Positions 15,923 to 27,951 are shown, counted from the stretch's first letter. The stretch: 64,000 bases of DNA from Octopus vulgaris (GCA_951406725.2 OX597836.1:48732001-48796000); one strand, 5' to 3'. Notes: generated from the letters alone by a model not told the origin. A program made the numbers and translations.

Positions 15923-17205
15923 TAGCAGAGATACCCGGCGTTGCCCGGTTACATTCCAAAACTTTTCTGTTATATTTTCTGTAATGAACTGGAATATTTA
16001 TGTTTCGAATTTCATTTGAGACTGCAGATGAGGGTTATTTCCCTCTTTACACACCCTAAAAAAATTGTAATCGTGCCACGTGTATCCTATACTACTGATT
16101 TTTATGCGCATATTCCAAAATTCCAGTCTTATTGAACCTGTTAAAAAGATTTTGCTCCTGAAAAATGAAGGTCATGGAGCTCTAAAATGTGAGATTTAAG
16201 GCCCCTGTTGGGGGTGGGCATCCTAATGTCAACCAGAGAAGTTGAATTGTTGAGAATCTTTTTAACTAATTGTTTGAATTTCTTTGAAATAGGAAATATA
16301 TGTTCACTGGGTTTGTAAAAGAGAGCAAAGCTACAGGAAACCAAAAGACGAATGATCACAATAAGCAGTCAGTTACCCTATCCGAGTCGCTACCACTTCC
16401 ATTGTAGGATTCCTCACCACCCAGGTGACAGGCACAGCCGTAAGATGCATTACGAATCTATAGCAATTGGAAGGGCATGACCCAACTGAAATCAACATTA
16501 ACAACTGTGTGACGTGAGGGCTAAGGAGAAATTAAAGTGTCACCTCTAGAGTTTTCAAATGAGCACTATACTGATACGTAACTGGACAGAATAAATTTAC
16601 AATCTATAAATGTCTTTGAATAACCAGTCACTCATCTGGGAAGGCCTTGAAATCAATGTTACCATCTGGGGACTATGTGTCACCTAGTGATAATAAAAAG
16701 ACTGAAAGGAGGTCTGCAATCAAATAATTTTACTCAACACTTTGCAACTGAATCAGTGGAGGCAAAGATGCTTGACAATTTATGCACCACATTGCAGAAA
16801 TCACAATGTAAGTGTATGTCAAAGCAAACTGTTACACTGTTGTACCATTGAATTAGAAATAATGCACAACTTTTATATTTGGGTAACCCTATAGCTTCCA
16901 AGAGCACAACTGAATTCGTTTTTGCTTAGATAAAATGACAAAATTGTGGGTGTTAAGTTTCCATGGAGGAGTCTTTCTAACTTGTAAGAAGATGAAATTT
17001 TATAAATATTACTTCATTTGTGTCTAATATCTATGGTTAAAATTTCATCAACACCAAAAATATATGAATTGTTATGGGGGATATGGCCCTTATGCATAGA
17101 ATATAATTTCCAATTTTCATAAAGATCCATTCAGTACTTTTGACCTAGTTTTGGATCATAAAAGAAATGACTAAAATTTGGGAGTTAAGGCTCCCATTAG
17201 GGTGT

Positions 17206-17287
<82 letters not shown>

Positions 17288-17292
17288 CATAC

Positions 17293-17361
<69 letters not shown>

Positions 17362-17926
17362 TAAATATTTGTTGTGCAAGATTTTTTATGTGAAGTCGTG
17401 TGTTGAAACAGATATTGTAATATTTCAGAATGGTCATTTTGCCAGTTTAGCCAATAAAAACACACGCACTATATATTTGGCGTTATCTTGCTTCAGTGTT
17501 ATTTATTTTTTACATTAATCTTAATCTTATTTCGGCCAGAGTTCTTTCGTCACACTCTTGTGACCGCATCAGTGGTCCTTTGTTTTCTTCTTTCTTATTT
17601 ATGTCTCTCCTTACTAACCGTCAGCCATTTTGTATTTCTATTGTATGTCTTCATTTGCGCATATCTCTATGTGCGTCTATGTTTATTTAGTGTGTGTATG
17701 TGGGGGGAGGCCTGTAATATTTGTATCTTCTGTTTATATATGTTCATGTAACTTATATTTTGTTTTTTGTTTTTGTTGTTTTTGTTTATTCTTATTTTGT
17801 TCATGTGTTTACATCCACTTATTATTATCATTACATATGCTTGTATGTATGTATGTATGTATGTATGTATGTATGTATGTATGTATAACAACAATACTAG
17901 TAATAATAATAATAATAAATCGAATC

Positions 17927-17965
<39 letters not shown>

Positions 17966-18023
17966 TTTATTTCTATTTATTTATTTATCTGTGAATTTAT
18001 TATGTTTTCGGGATCCTCTATCG

Positions 18024-18270
18024 TCATATGTTGTGGTGTACGCTAGTGCTCCATTCTAGTTTCCTATTCAGGCTAGATTTATTTTCTATTATGTGTGTAG
18101 CTTCTGTAATTTGTCTAATTGTTGCATCTGTTCTATGTGTGGACAATATTTTAATTTCTATGTTATTGATTGATCCCCCGTGTTCCTGTTCGGCGTGTTG
18201 GTACAGAATCGATGAGCTTTTACCTTCCTTGAGTTGTCTCCAATGTTCATTTACCCGCTCTCCTATGCTT
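18024..18270 (-). mobile_element. Penelope-like element, GIY-YIG endonuclease C-terminal fragment
   Basis: SRSIGERVNEH..SSILYQHAEQEH..IKIL..RQITEATHI..LNRKLEW matches the R..EH / E / LN pattern of PLE GIY-YIG. Confidence 0.8.
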
Positions 18271-18339
18271 CTAGATAGATAGATATAGATATACACACAC
18301 ACACACATACAAAGATAAATTGATTGATACAACTGAGTG

Positions 18340-18570
18340 GGCAAACAAAAATATGAGACACAGCCTAGTGCGTTTTTTGGTGTTGATAAGCCTGGTACTT
18401 ATTCTATTAGTTTGTTCTTGTGAAACCAGTAAGTTATGTGGATATAAATAAATGAACAGCAGTTGTGAAGCAGTGATGAGGTAGAAACACAAAGACACAC
18501 ACATAGACTTACATATATACATGCATATATATACGATTGATTTGTCTCAGTTCCTGTCTACGAAATCCAT
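18340..18570 (-). mobile_element. SINE family B, diverged partial copy
   Basis: Reverse complement of family B body. Confidence 0.65.
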
Positions 18571-18579
18571 ATATATTGG

Positions 18580-20290
18580 TGTTGGCATCCTTTTTGTCTC
18601 GGGAGACAACGGAGTTGCACATAAAATAATCTAGTCCGGCTTTTACATTTCATATCCTAATACATCTCCTGCTGTGGCTGTGTAGTCCTATCCTGGACAA
18701 ACACTCCCTCTGGCAGGTGCCGCAAATGTAGCGAAGACTTTGCCTGGCTGGTTGTAATGTCATAGTTTCCTCCAGTTTCATCCCATATATTTCTTCCAGT
18801 TCTCTTATCCGGTTCAATTGTTTTCCTAATCAATTTATAACTTTTTTAAAGTTTTTCCTTGAGTTCTTTTTCTTCGTCCTCTGATATTACTACCTACATC
18901 AACCCCCGCCATATCCCAGTTGTCTTGCAATTCCACCTTTCCCCAATCCCTCAATATTCACGTATTTCTTTCTTGTTCATTACACCTAATATAAGGGGAC
19001 GAGAATTTTTAAAGTTATCCTGAGTGTCTGTGTTATCTTTTTTTTTGTTTTCTTGTTGGTGGGGAGCGGGTGAGTTCAGTGTCTGCAGGGGAAGGGTGGG
19101 CCACAAAGGGTGCGGTTGGTGATGGGGTGGGTTGGGGTTCAGAACAATTTGCCTTTTTTCTCCTTCTCTTCCTCCTCCTTCCCATGGATTCCCATTCTGC
19201 TGGTAATTCCTCCTCGTCCACTTGCTTCTCTTCCGCTGTATTCTGCTCCTCCTGGGGATCCTCTACCTCTCTTGCTGTTTCTTTTCTTCGTTCTTTTGTT
19301 GGGGAAGGACAGTTAGCTCTTATGTGGCCCTTCAAGCCTCATTTGTAACAACGAGGAGCTCTGCCCTCCACCCATACTCTCATAATGATGTTTCCCATTG
19401 TTATATTCTCGGCCAGTTTTTCCAACACCTCCGATTCCGCTTGGACATTCATCTCCAGTACTGCTCTTCTCCATCCTTCCTCGTCCTTCACCGTGGCATG
19501 AAGAATGTCCACCTTATCTTCATTAGCACTGATGATGGCTTCCACATTCCACTCTCCGTCTATGTCTGGTGGTATTCCCTCCACCTTGATCCGGGTCGTC
19601 CTCCTTCCCAGATACGTGGGCAGAAGGAATACCTTCTCCGACTTTATTGTTTTCGCCGCCATTCTCCTTGCCACTTTTTCGGTTTTAAATTGTACAACCA
19701 CGGGGCCGAACCCAACACCTCTTGCGAGAAAGGCTACATCCTCTTCTGTCATTCTCAGTGCTTCCTCTGCCATTTCCAAGCCGACCAACTCTATTCTCCT
19801 TTTTCGTTGGCAAATACTCTATACGTAATGGTCCTCTTCTCATACCAGTTTCTTCTTTTCCTTGGCGGCGACAATTCAACTTCACCGCCAACCTTCGTAA
19901 CAAATTCCCGAAAACCTGGCAACTTAGCCAGGTCTATCTCTTTTTCCGTTGACTTCGTCGCTCGCGAGTATGTTGTTTTTTCTCCGAGTGCTCTGTCCAA
20001 TTTCCTCACTGCCTTTTCCATTTCCTCCTCAGGGGTCGACAGGTCCGACTCACTGAGGCTTGTAAAAACATTTTTCCTTGCCATTTTCTCCCTTAGGGAG
20101 GGGCAAACCGTTTTTTCCTTGTCTGTCTCAATACAGACAGACAAAATTCAACAATACCGTTTAGCAAAATTTAATAAACAATAACAGGCAAAGCAAGTAC
20201 ACACAGGTTCCAAAAAACGACTACAGCCAAACTTCATATAGATACTTAGTGCTAGCTAATTAGCAGATAATCTAACGTAAAAGCCGTGGT
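18580..20290 (-). mobile_element. Decayed retroelement: gag-like ORF1 (CCHC knuckle) followed by RTE-type C2H2 and 3' end
   Basis: ORF pieces 19791-20144, 19339-19788 and 19033-19335 share a frame (VWVEGRAPRCYK*GLKGHIRANCP); 18650-18830 encodes YICGTCQRECLSRIGLHSHSRRC; tail GTCTCCCGAGACAAAAAGGATGCC. Confidence 0.75.
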
Positions 20291-21230
20291 AAAGGGTATG
20301 TGCAGGGCTCCATCTGGACTATTCCATTTCTGTGCTTTAATTTTATTTTTAATTTATTCCCATTCATGTGAAACCACTTATTCAAGTTCAAGTCATTGAT
20401 ACAATTTTATACCAATTGCTATTTTTACTATTAATCGTTATGTTACGCTTTAATTATTATATTATACTTTAGTTTGATTTTAATTATTACTTACTACATA
20501 TAATTCAATTGTTTTTATTATCTCTAATTTTTATTGTTAAAGTGAAAGTATCTGACATAAAATAGAGAGATGTTTTTGTTTCACTGAAATAGTGGAGAAG
20601 ATATGATATTGCTATGGGCTCGCCCTAGGCAAGACATTGAACATTTTTTTTGTCCATGACACTACATGGACCCTAAGTAAGGCATGTGTAAAATTTGAAT
20701 GAAATTGGCTGCGTAGTTCTCAAGATTTAGGGCAACACACAGACAGACAGACATACATTCTCAGTTTTATATATATATTTGTCTGCGTTTGTCCCCTCAC
20801 CATCGCTTATATATATAGCAAAAATTATATATATATATATATATATATACAGCAAAAATTTAGATTCAGATGAATATGGTACTTAAGTTGAGGCACCAGA
20901 ATTTAGTGCGGTATTATTCATACGATTTCAAAATGAGGTGAATGAAATCAAAATAAGCAACAAACAAAAGATGAAGACAGGTGTAGGGACATCAAACAGG
21001 TGCGTTAGTTTAATGCTCGAGAAGAATGGGAAATCTTTGATGTTTCAAGCCTAAACTCTTCCACAGAAAGGATTAAGAGGTGGGGGGAAACAGAGAGAGA
21101 GAAAAATGTGTAGGGATTAACGGTTCAACGTGATGATATGTGTGTGTGTGTGTGTGTTTGTGTGTGTGTGTTTGTGTGTATGTGTTTGTGTGTGTGTGTG
21201 CGTTTGTGTGTATGTGTTTGTGTGTGTGTA

Positions 21231-21305
<75 letters not shown>

Positions 21306-21327
21306 TTGTGTGTGTGTGTGTGTTTGT

Positions 21328-21359
<32 letters not shown>

Positions 21360-21689
21360 TTGTGCCCCAGTACCACTTAACAACCAATGTTGATGTGTTT
21401 GCATCTACGTGACTTAGCAGTTCAGCAATAGAGATAGATAGAATAAGTACCATGCTTTACAAAAATAACGAGCATTGGGGGTCGATTCATTTGACCAAAA
21501 TTCTTCAAGGCATTGCTCCAGCATGGCTGCAGTCTAATGACTGAAAGAAATAAAGTAAAATAAAATTTTTTAAAAATATAAATTCTGGTTACTTTCCAGA
21601 TGGAAGCAGAAGTCTGTACTAACATCCATGTTCCTGAATTCCTGGTTTTGCTTCTTCTTTGAATGTTTTCCTCTAAATTTATGTGTAAT

Positions 21690-21880
21690 TTGGCTTTGCA
21701 AACGAATTCCTCAGTAGAGAAGAGCTCCTACAGGCAACCTTAAATTCTTCTGTTATAGCCATCAGGGACTGAGACCCAATCCTGTACATACTAAAGCTTT
21801 TACTGAATTAACTCGCACTCTGCTGACAGTGTCCCTGTACCTGGCTGCCACAGGTTCTCACAAGTATGTCCTCTCTATGT
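21690..21880 (-). mobile_element. RTE LINE RT fragment
   Basis: Nucleotide similarity to 27160-27345 (CTGACAGT.TCCCTGTAC.TGGCT). Confidence 0.6.
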
Positions 21881-22131
21881 TAACCGTATCATTATTACTA
21901 TCCTGTTGCTGCTCTCTTCTTGCATCCCTCTACACCCGGCTTTAGAAATTATGCTAAAGCAGACATTGGAGCTCAACAGGCTTGTTTCAGTTTCCATCTA
22001 CCAATCCAAGACTTTGGTTGCGTGGAGGCTGTGGTGGAGAACATTTTCCAGAGGTGCCATGTTGTGGGATTGAACCTAGAATCATATGGTCTGGAGGCAA
22101 GCTTCTCACCGCACTGCCATGCCTATGTATG

Positions 22132-22193
<62 letters not shown>

Positions 22194-22308
22194 ATAATTA
22201 AGGATAACTTCTTAATAAGGAATCTTAACAAGAAATTATCAGGTAGATAGCGTGAAAAACCTCATAAGAGAAAAAAATTCGAAAATAATTTTTTCTTTTG
22301 AACATATT

Positions 22309-22562
22309 AATTTATATTATATAGAGGGCATTATTACACATAAATGCCTCACACTAAGAGGGACATAAGTCATTTCTACCAAAAATTTCACTAATCATAC
22401 CCAATGCAGTTTTTCAAAGCAAGACATTTAAAAAATTCATTTTTTAAATGTCTTGCTTTGAAAAACTGCATTGGGTATGATTAGTGAAATTTTTGGTAGA
22501 AATGACTTATGTCCCTCTTAGTGTGAGGCATTTATGTGTAATAATGCCCTCTATATAATATA

Positions 22563-22566
<4 letters not shown>
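22309..22566. repeat. Perfect inverted repeat, 127-bp arms, 4-nt loop TTCA
   Basis: 22309-22435 is the reverse complement of 22440-22566. Confidence 0.95.
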
Positions 22567-22603
<37 letters not shown>

Positions 22604-22715
22604 TATATATTTATACATACATACACATACACACACACGCACACACACACCACACACACACACACAAATACACACATATATATATATGTATATGAATGTT
22701 GTGTATATACACCTG

Positions 22716-22755
<40 letters not shown>

Positions 22756-22804
22756 TTTATACTATATATATCTATATATCTATACATATATATATACATA
22801 ATAT

Positions 22805-22985
22805 ACAGGGTATGGTGAATAACCTATCGTCTAAATTGAAAATAACACTGATATCTCATTTTTAACAGATCTATTTACCAAAATTACATAAAAATATCTT
22901 GAAATACTAAAGAGTAAATTTAATTAGTAAAATCTCCATTGGCTTCAACCATGGTCTCCAGACGACTTCGGAATCTCCTGCAGGA
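22805..22985 (-). mobile_element. Tc1-type transposon 3' end fragment
   Basis: TA-CAGGGT terminus; matches 41010-41150. Confidence 0.7.
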
Positions 22986-22999
22986 ATGGCTGTGTGGCA

Positions 23000-23161
23000 G
23001 GCGCAGGTGTGGATGTGTGGTGGGTAGCTTGCTTACCAACTACATGGCTCCGGGTTCGGTCCCAATGCGTGGCATCTTGGGCAAGTGCCTTCTACTATAG
23101 CCTAGGGCCAACCATAGCCGCGTGAGTGGATCTGGTAGACGGAAAATGAAAGAAGCCCATC

Positions 23162-23236
<75 letters not shown>

Positions 23237-23458
23237 TATATGTATATGTTTGTATGTATGTGCTTGACCCTCCAGCATCGCTTGCCAACTGATGCTAGTG
23301 TGTTTACGTCCTCGTAACTTAGCGGTTCGGCAAAACAGCCCGATAACATAAGTACTAGGCTTACAAAGAATAAGTCCTGGGGTCGATTTGCTCGACTAAA
23401 AGGTGGTGCTCCAGCATGGCCGCAGTCAAATGACTGAAACAAATAAAAGAATAAAAGT
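23000..23458 (+). mobile_element. SINE family B
   Basis: Full head, core, internal (TA)n and tail. Confidence 0.9.
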
Positions 23459-23527
23459 ATATATATATTTCCTCTATTTACATAATATTGAGGTCTCTTT
23501 CTTTCTTTTGTTATTTTACCGTTTTTA

Positions 23528-23567
<40 letters not shown>

Positions 23568-23568
<1 letters not shown>

Positions 23569-23987
23569 GCGCAAGTGTGACTGTGTGGTAAGTAGCTTGC
23601 TTCTCAACCACATGGTTCCAGGTTCAGTCCTACTGTGTGGCACCTTGGGCAAGTATCTTCTACTATAGCCTCGAGCTGACCAAATCTTTGTGAGTGGATT
23701 TGGTAGACGGAAACTGAAAGAAGCTCGTCATGTGTGTATACATATATATGTATGTATATGTGTGTGCGTGTGTGTGTGTGTCTCTGTTTGTCCCCCACCA
23801 TCGCCTGACAAGTGATGTTAGTTTGTTTACGCCCCCGTAACTTGGCGGTTCGGCAAATGATACCGATAGAATAAGTACTAACCTTACAAAAGGTATAAGT
23901 CCTGGGTTCGATTTATTCGACTAAAGGCGGTGCTCCAGCATCGCCGCAGTCAAATGACCGAAACAAGTACAAGAAAGAATAAAGAAA
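23568..23987 (+). mobile_element. SINE family B
   Basis: Full head, core, internal repeat and tail. Confidence 0.9.
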
Positions 23988-24192
23988 TACACACACACAA
24001 ACACACACAAACACACACAAACACACACAAACTCGTTTATGTGTGTGCGTGTGCGCGCGCGTTAATGTTTATATAAAAATTTGGTATAAAATATGGAAGT
24101 AGAGAATCATGCAGCTATCACACACATACATACATACATACATACATACATACAAATACATACATACGTACATACATACATACATACATACA

Positions 24193-24723
24193 TGGTGGCT
24201 GCCCCCTCGTTATCGAGTATGGCCATTGCACAAAGCTTAATCAATGTTGTTATCGTGCAATGCCTATGCAAGAAGATTTTCTTTTAAAGTGAAGAAAGAC
24301 TGTGCACTGAGTCAATCCCACTCACTAAGCAACAGCAGCCATAATCTGAAAAGAAGAACAAGTCAACATCATCGGTAACCACTGAGCCGCAGGTTTTATG
24401 TCGGAGTTATCCCAGTTACCTGAGTTACCTTCTCCTAGAAGGATGCCCTAACAAACGCTAGGAGTCCTTCCCTCCCAATGGTTTAACCGCGCAATCAGGT
24501 ATTCAGTCCGATTATTTCTATGTCTCCGCACATGATGCAGCCATAAGACATTTATTGGATGGCCGTTGACTCTCAAGAGTTCCTCCGCCCTTTGATCGGT
24601 TTTGTTTTTCATCCCGCAGGGTGTCCAATAAACACCCTCCTCACCAAGCAAGTTTGGTGGGGTTGCCGGTTTAGTTGCCGACGACCCGACCATGCAACAG
24701 GTTGTACTGGGTTACATGTTACC
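24193..24723 (-). mobile_element. Non-coding RTE-derived element in (ATGT)n
   Basis: Contains GGGCATCCTTCTAGGAGAAGGTAACTC, resembling the RTE 5' UTR motif; no credible ORF; both flanks (CATA)n. Confidence 0.5.
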
Positions 24724-24817
24724 AGTATACATACATACATACATTCATACATACATACATACATACATACATACATACATACATACACATACATACATAC
24801 ATACATACACACATACT

Positions 24818-25950
24818 CGAGGTGCGTTCAAAAAGTATACAACCATTGGGCATAAAAAAAATAAAATTTTGTAAATTTCACAAATTTTATTTAATCCTCA
24901 ACAAAATACTCCCCCTGGGACTCACACACTTCTTCCAGCGGTTCTGCCTCATCTGGTGGCACCTACGAAACGCCTTCTCTGGAATGTTATGGAGCTTCGC
25001 CGTCGCTTTTCTCATGTCTCAAATCGCTTTCCTTTTAGCATGTTTTTCAGAGGCAGAAGAAGAGGCAGAAGTCACACTGTGCCAAGTCGGGAGATGAGGA
25101 GCCTGTTAAACAAGTGGTTCTTGACCAGGAAAGCCTAAATGATGAGGGTGGAATGAGCGGGCGCATTGTTGTGATGAAGTTGCCAATCCTTCGCCGCTTT
25201 CAACGCACAGCATCACGAAGGTGGCGTATAACCTCCAGGTACTATTATTTATCGATTGTTTGTCCTTGTGGGACGTATTCATGATTCGGGAGTCAAAGAG
25301 ACAGGTCGACATGACCTCCACGTTACTACGAACCTTCCTTGCTTTTTTTGGGCCTTGGTGATGACGGGTGCTTCCATTGGTAGGACTGGAACGTGGTTTC
25401 CATGTCGTAACTATAAACTTATATCTCATCATCAGTGATGATTCTCTTTATGAAGTCTATGTCGTGCTTTGCTCAGTCTAGCGTGTCCTGAGCGATTTCC
25501 TGGTGGAGTGGCTTTTGCTGCTCCACCAGTATCTTGAGGATGAATTTTGCCCGATACTACTTGCATGACGAAATCCTCCGTTAATATGGAATGCATTGGT
25601 GCTGTGCTTATTCCCACATCGTGAGCAATTTCCTGGATTGTTTATACGACACTCTTCCACGACTATTCGCCGAACTTTCTCAATCGTCTCCTCGTTTCGG
25701 TTTGTGGTTGGCTTGCCTGCCTCAGCATGCCTCACTCTTCATTGAGGTGCGCCCATGTTTGAAACAGTTGTATCACACTTTGATCAGAGTTTTACCAACA
25801 GCATCGTCGCCAAAGACCTGCTGAGTGTTCTGGGTGGTTTGAGCTCGAGTATCACCAGTCTTTTGACAAAACTTGATGCTATAATCTCTACTCGATGCGT
25901 TGAGTGAGAACGAAAATCCGACGAGTGCGCACTACACATCTGTACTATAT
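24818..25950 (-). mobile_element. Mariner transposon, decayed
   Basis: Terminus CGAGGTGCGTTCAAAAAGTA; transposase pieces (ITDDE..YSYD..QWKHPSSPRPKKARKVRSNVEVM; GKPTTNRNEETIEKVRRIV). Confidence 0.85.
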
Positions 25951-25969
25951 GCGTAACAGAAGGGAGCTG

Positions 25970-26206
25970 ACGTGATTAGGATGTTAAGAAGCCCCAACAT
26001 TGCTAGAAATAAGAGCTAAAATGCTCTAATGCTGTATATAATGCACACCAATGAAAACATATAAACAGGGACCTGAATCGCCCGAAAAGTGCCTGTTAGG
26101 TCCCTGTTAGTGTATTTGCTTTCATTCAGGTCCCTTAACAACAGCAGTAGAGCGTTTTAGCTCTTATTTCTAGCAATGTTGGTGGTTCTTAACACCCTAG
26201 TTACGT
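25970..26206. mobile_element. Foldback MITE-like element
   Basis: ~66-bp imperfect TIRs plus an inner inverted pair AACAGGGACCT / AGGTCCCTGTT. Confidence 0.75.
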
Positions 26207-26424
26207 TACACATATATATCTAATTATCCTTTAGTTGTCCAGAAGTCACGGAATAAAAGCATACACAACATGAATGATAAAGCGGATATGTTTTCATATC
26301 GTTGAGCAACACACACGCACCACATATACATCTCAGTCACACACACACACAAGCACGTCTTCCTGGCTCCACACGACCCCCCCCCCCCAATTACAGATGC
26401 AGCTGTTTCATCCATACGCATCAC

Positions 26425-27683
26425 GTGACCTTACCATTGCAGTCTTCTCTGCGCACCACATCTAATGCTTTGTAACCCAATTGTGTCTCTCCTGCCACTT
26501 ACACTCTGTCCTATATTCACACTGACATTGCGCATCCAACGGAACTCACTGGCTTCATTTCTTTCCAGCCTCCGCATATCCTCAGTAGTCACAGACCACG
26601 TTTCACTGCCATGCAGCACAGCTGTTCGTACTCAGGCATCGTACAATCTGCCTCTCCCTCTGAGGGAGAGGCCCTTCATGACTAACAGAGACACCAGCTC
26701 TTCGGACTTTGCCAAGCCCGTTCTTATTCTAGCAGCTACTCTTTTAGAACTGTCTCCACTAAGTAACGGACACTCTGTACTACTTCTAAGGGTTCCCCAC
26801 CACTCGGACATTTGATGAAGTCTATTTTCTGTACATTTCTGGTGCTTACTGTACCTGCACATCCGCCACACACAAAGACTACTTTCTCTGTTAATCATCC
26901 TCTGATATTGTTGCACCTCTTATGTGTCCATAGCTTGCACCGGGTACATCATATGGAGTTTCTACCCACGCCTATTCTACATATCGAACAGGGTCATCTA
27001 TCTGAAGGGATTTGTGATTTGTCTGCTTTCCTACTTACCAAGACTGGTCTTGCTAAATTAACCATTAGGCCCTTTGTTTCGAGACCTTGCTTGCATACCT
27101 GAAATTTATTATCTAGTTCTGGTACTGATTCATCAATAAAACAGGGTCATCAGTATAGAGGAGTTCCCAGGGGCAGCCAGCCTTGAATTCCTCTCTTATG
27201 GTCTGCAGAGTTATGATAAACAAACGGCGGCTAAGAACTGGTCCTTAGCCAACTCCTACTTCTACACTAAATTCATCGTTATATCCATTGCCAACCTTCA
27301 CCTTACTGACAGTATCCCTGTACATGGCTTGCACAGCTCTCACCAACCACTCATCTATCCCTAGCATTCGCATTGCCCACCTAATAAGGGAGCGGGGGGC
27401 GGCTTGCCAAAGGTTTTCTCTATGTCAACAAAAGCCAGATACAGAGGTTTATTTTGACCAATTACTTCTACAGTTGCCTCACCAGGAAGACAGCATCATT
27501 AGTGCTTCTTCTTGGCATAAAACCAAACTGCATCTCATCTACCCTAATTCCCTTCCTAATTAATTGGGCTATGACCCTTTCTGTGACTTCCATCACCTGG
27601 TCCAACAATCTGATTCCTCTGTAATTATTTCTGTCTAAGGCATCACCTTTGCCTTTGTCGCAGCTGACTATAATACTCATCAT
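26425..27683 (-). mobile_element. RTE-clade LINE, RT region with Cys-rich insertion
   Basis: KGKGDALDRNNYRGIRLL, QFGFMPRRSTNDAVFLVRQL, ELLYTDD, MLHGSETW; Cys/His cluster at ~26850-26995. Confidence 0.9.
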
Positions 27684-27826
27684 TATTGTTCGACCGTGGT
27701 CGAGATAATGGAATTTACTATGTGTCGCCAGACTTCACGGTCCATCATAGCATTACGGAGGTCCCGTTGCTGGATGTCTGTATCCCTGGAGATTACATCA
27801 GGGTAGGAGAGTGTGCGCCCTCTGGT
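27684..27826 (-). mobile_element. RTE LINE 3' end fragment
   Basis: [27 protein letters not shown] with a short TGA-type tail. Confidence 0.7.
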
Positions 27827-27951
27827 ATATATTACGAATATATATGTTTGTATGTATGTATGTATGTATGTATGTATGTATGTATGTGTATGTATGAATG
27901 CATGTATGTATGTGTATATATTTACATACACGCGCGTGCGCGCACACACAC

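Larger units (their letters stand above)
15922..20777 (-). mobile_element. Non-autonomous Helitron with nested insertions
   Basis: 3' end: hairpin CCGGGCAACGCCGG then CTAG|T at 15922; 5' end TATATATAAAACTGAGAATGTATGTCTGTCTG near 20777; splits a family-B SINE (5' half 15791-15881, 3' half resumes at 20778). Confidence 0.75.

Noticed and set aside
24818-25950. SETMAR-like gene
   Set aside because: Only broken mariner transposase; no SET domain
26150-26185. GTTTTAGCTCTTATTTCTAGC / GCTAGAAATAAGAGCTAAAA resembles a Cas9 repeat or sgRNA scaffold
   Set aside because: Part of a MITE inverted repeat; no repeat-spacer array or cas genes; eukaryotic context
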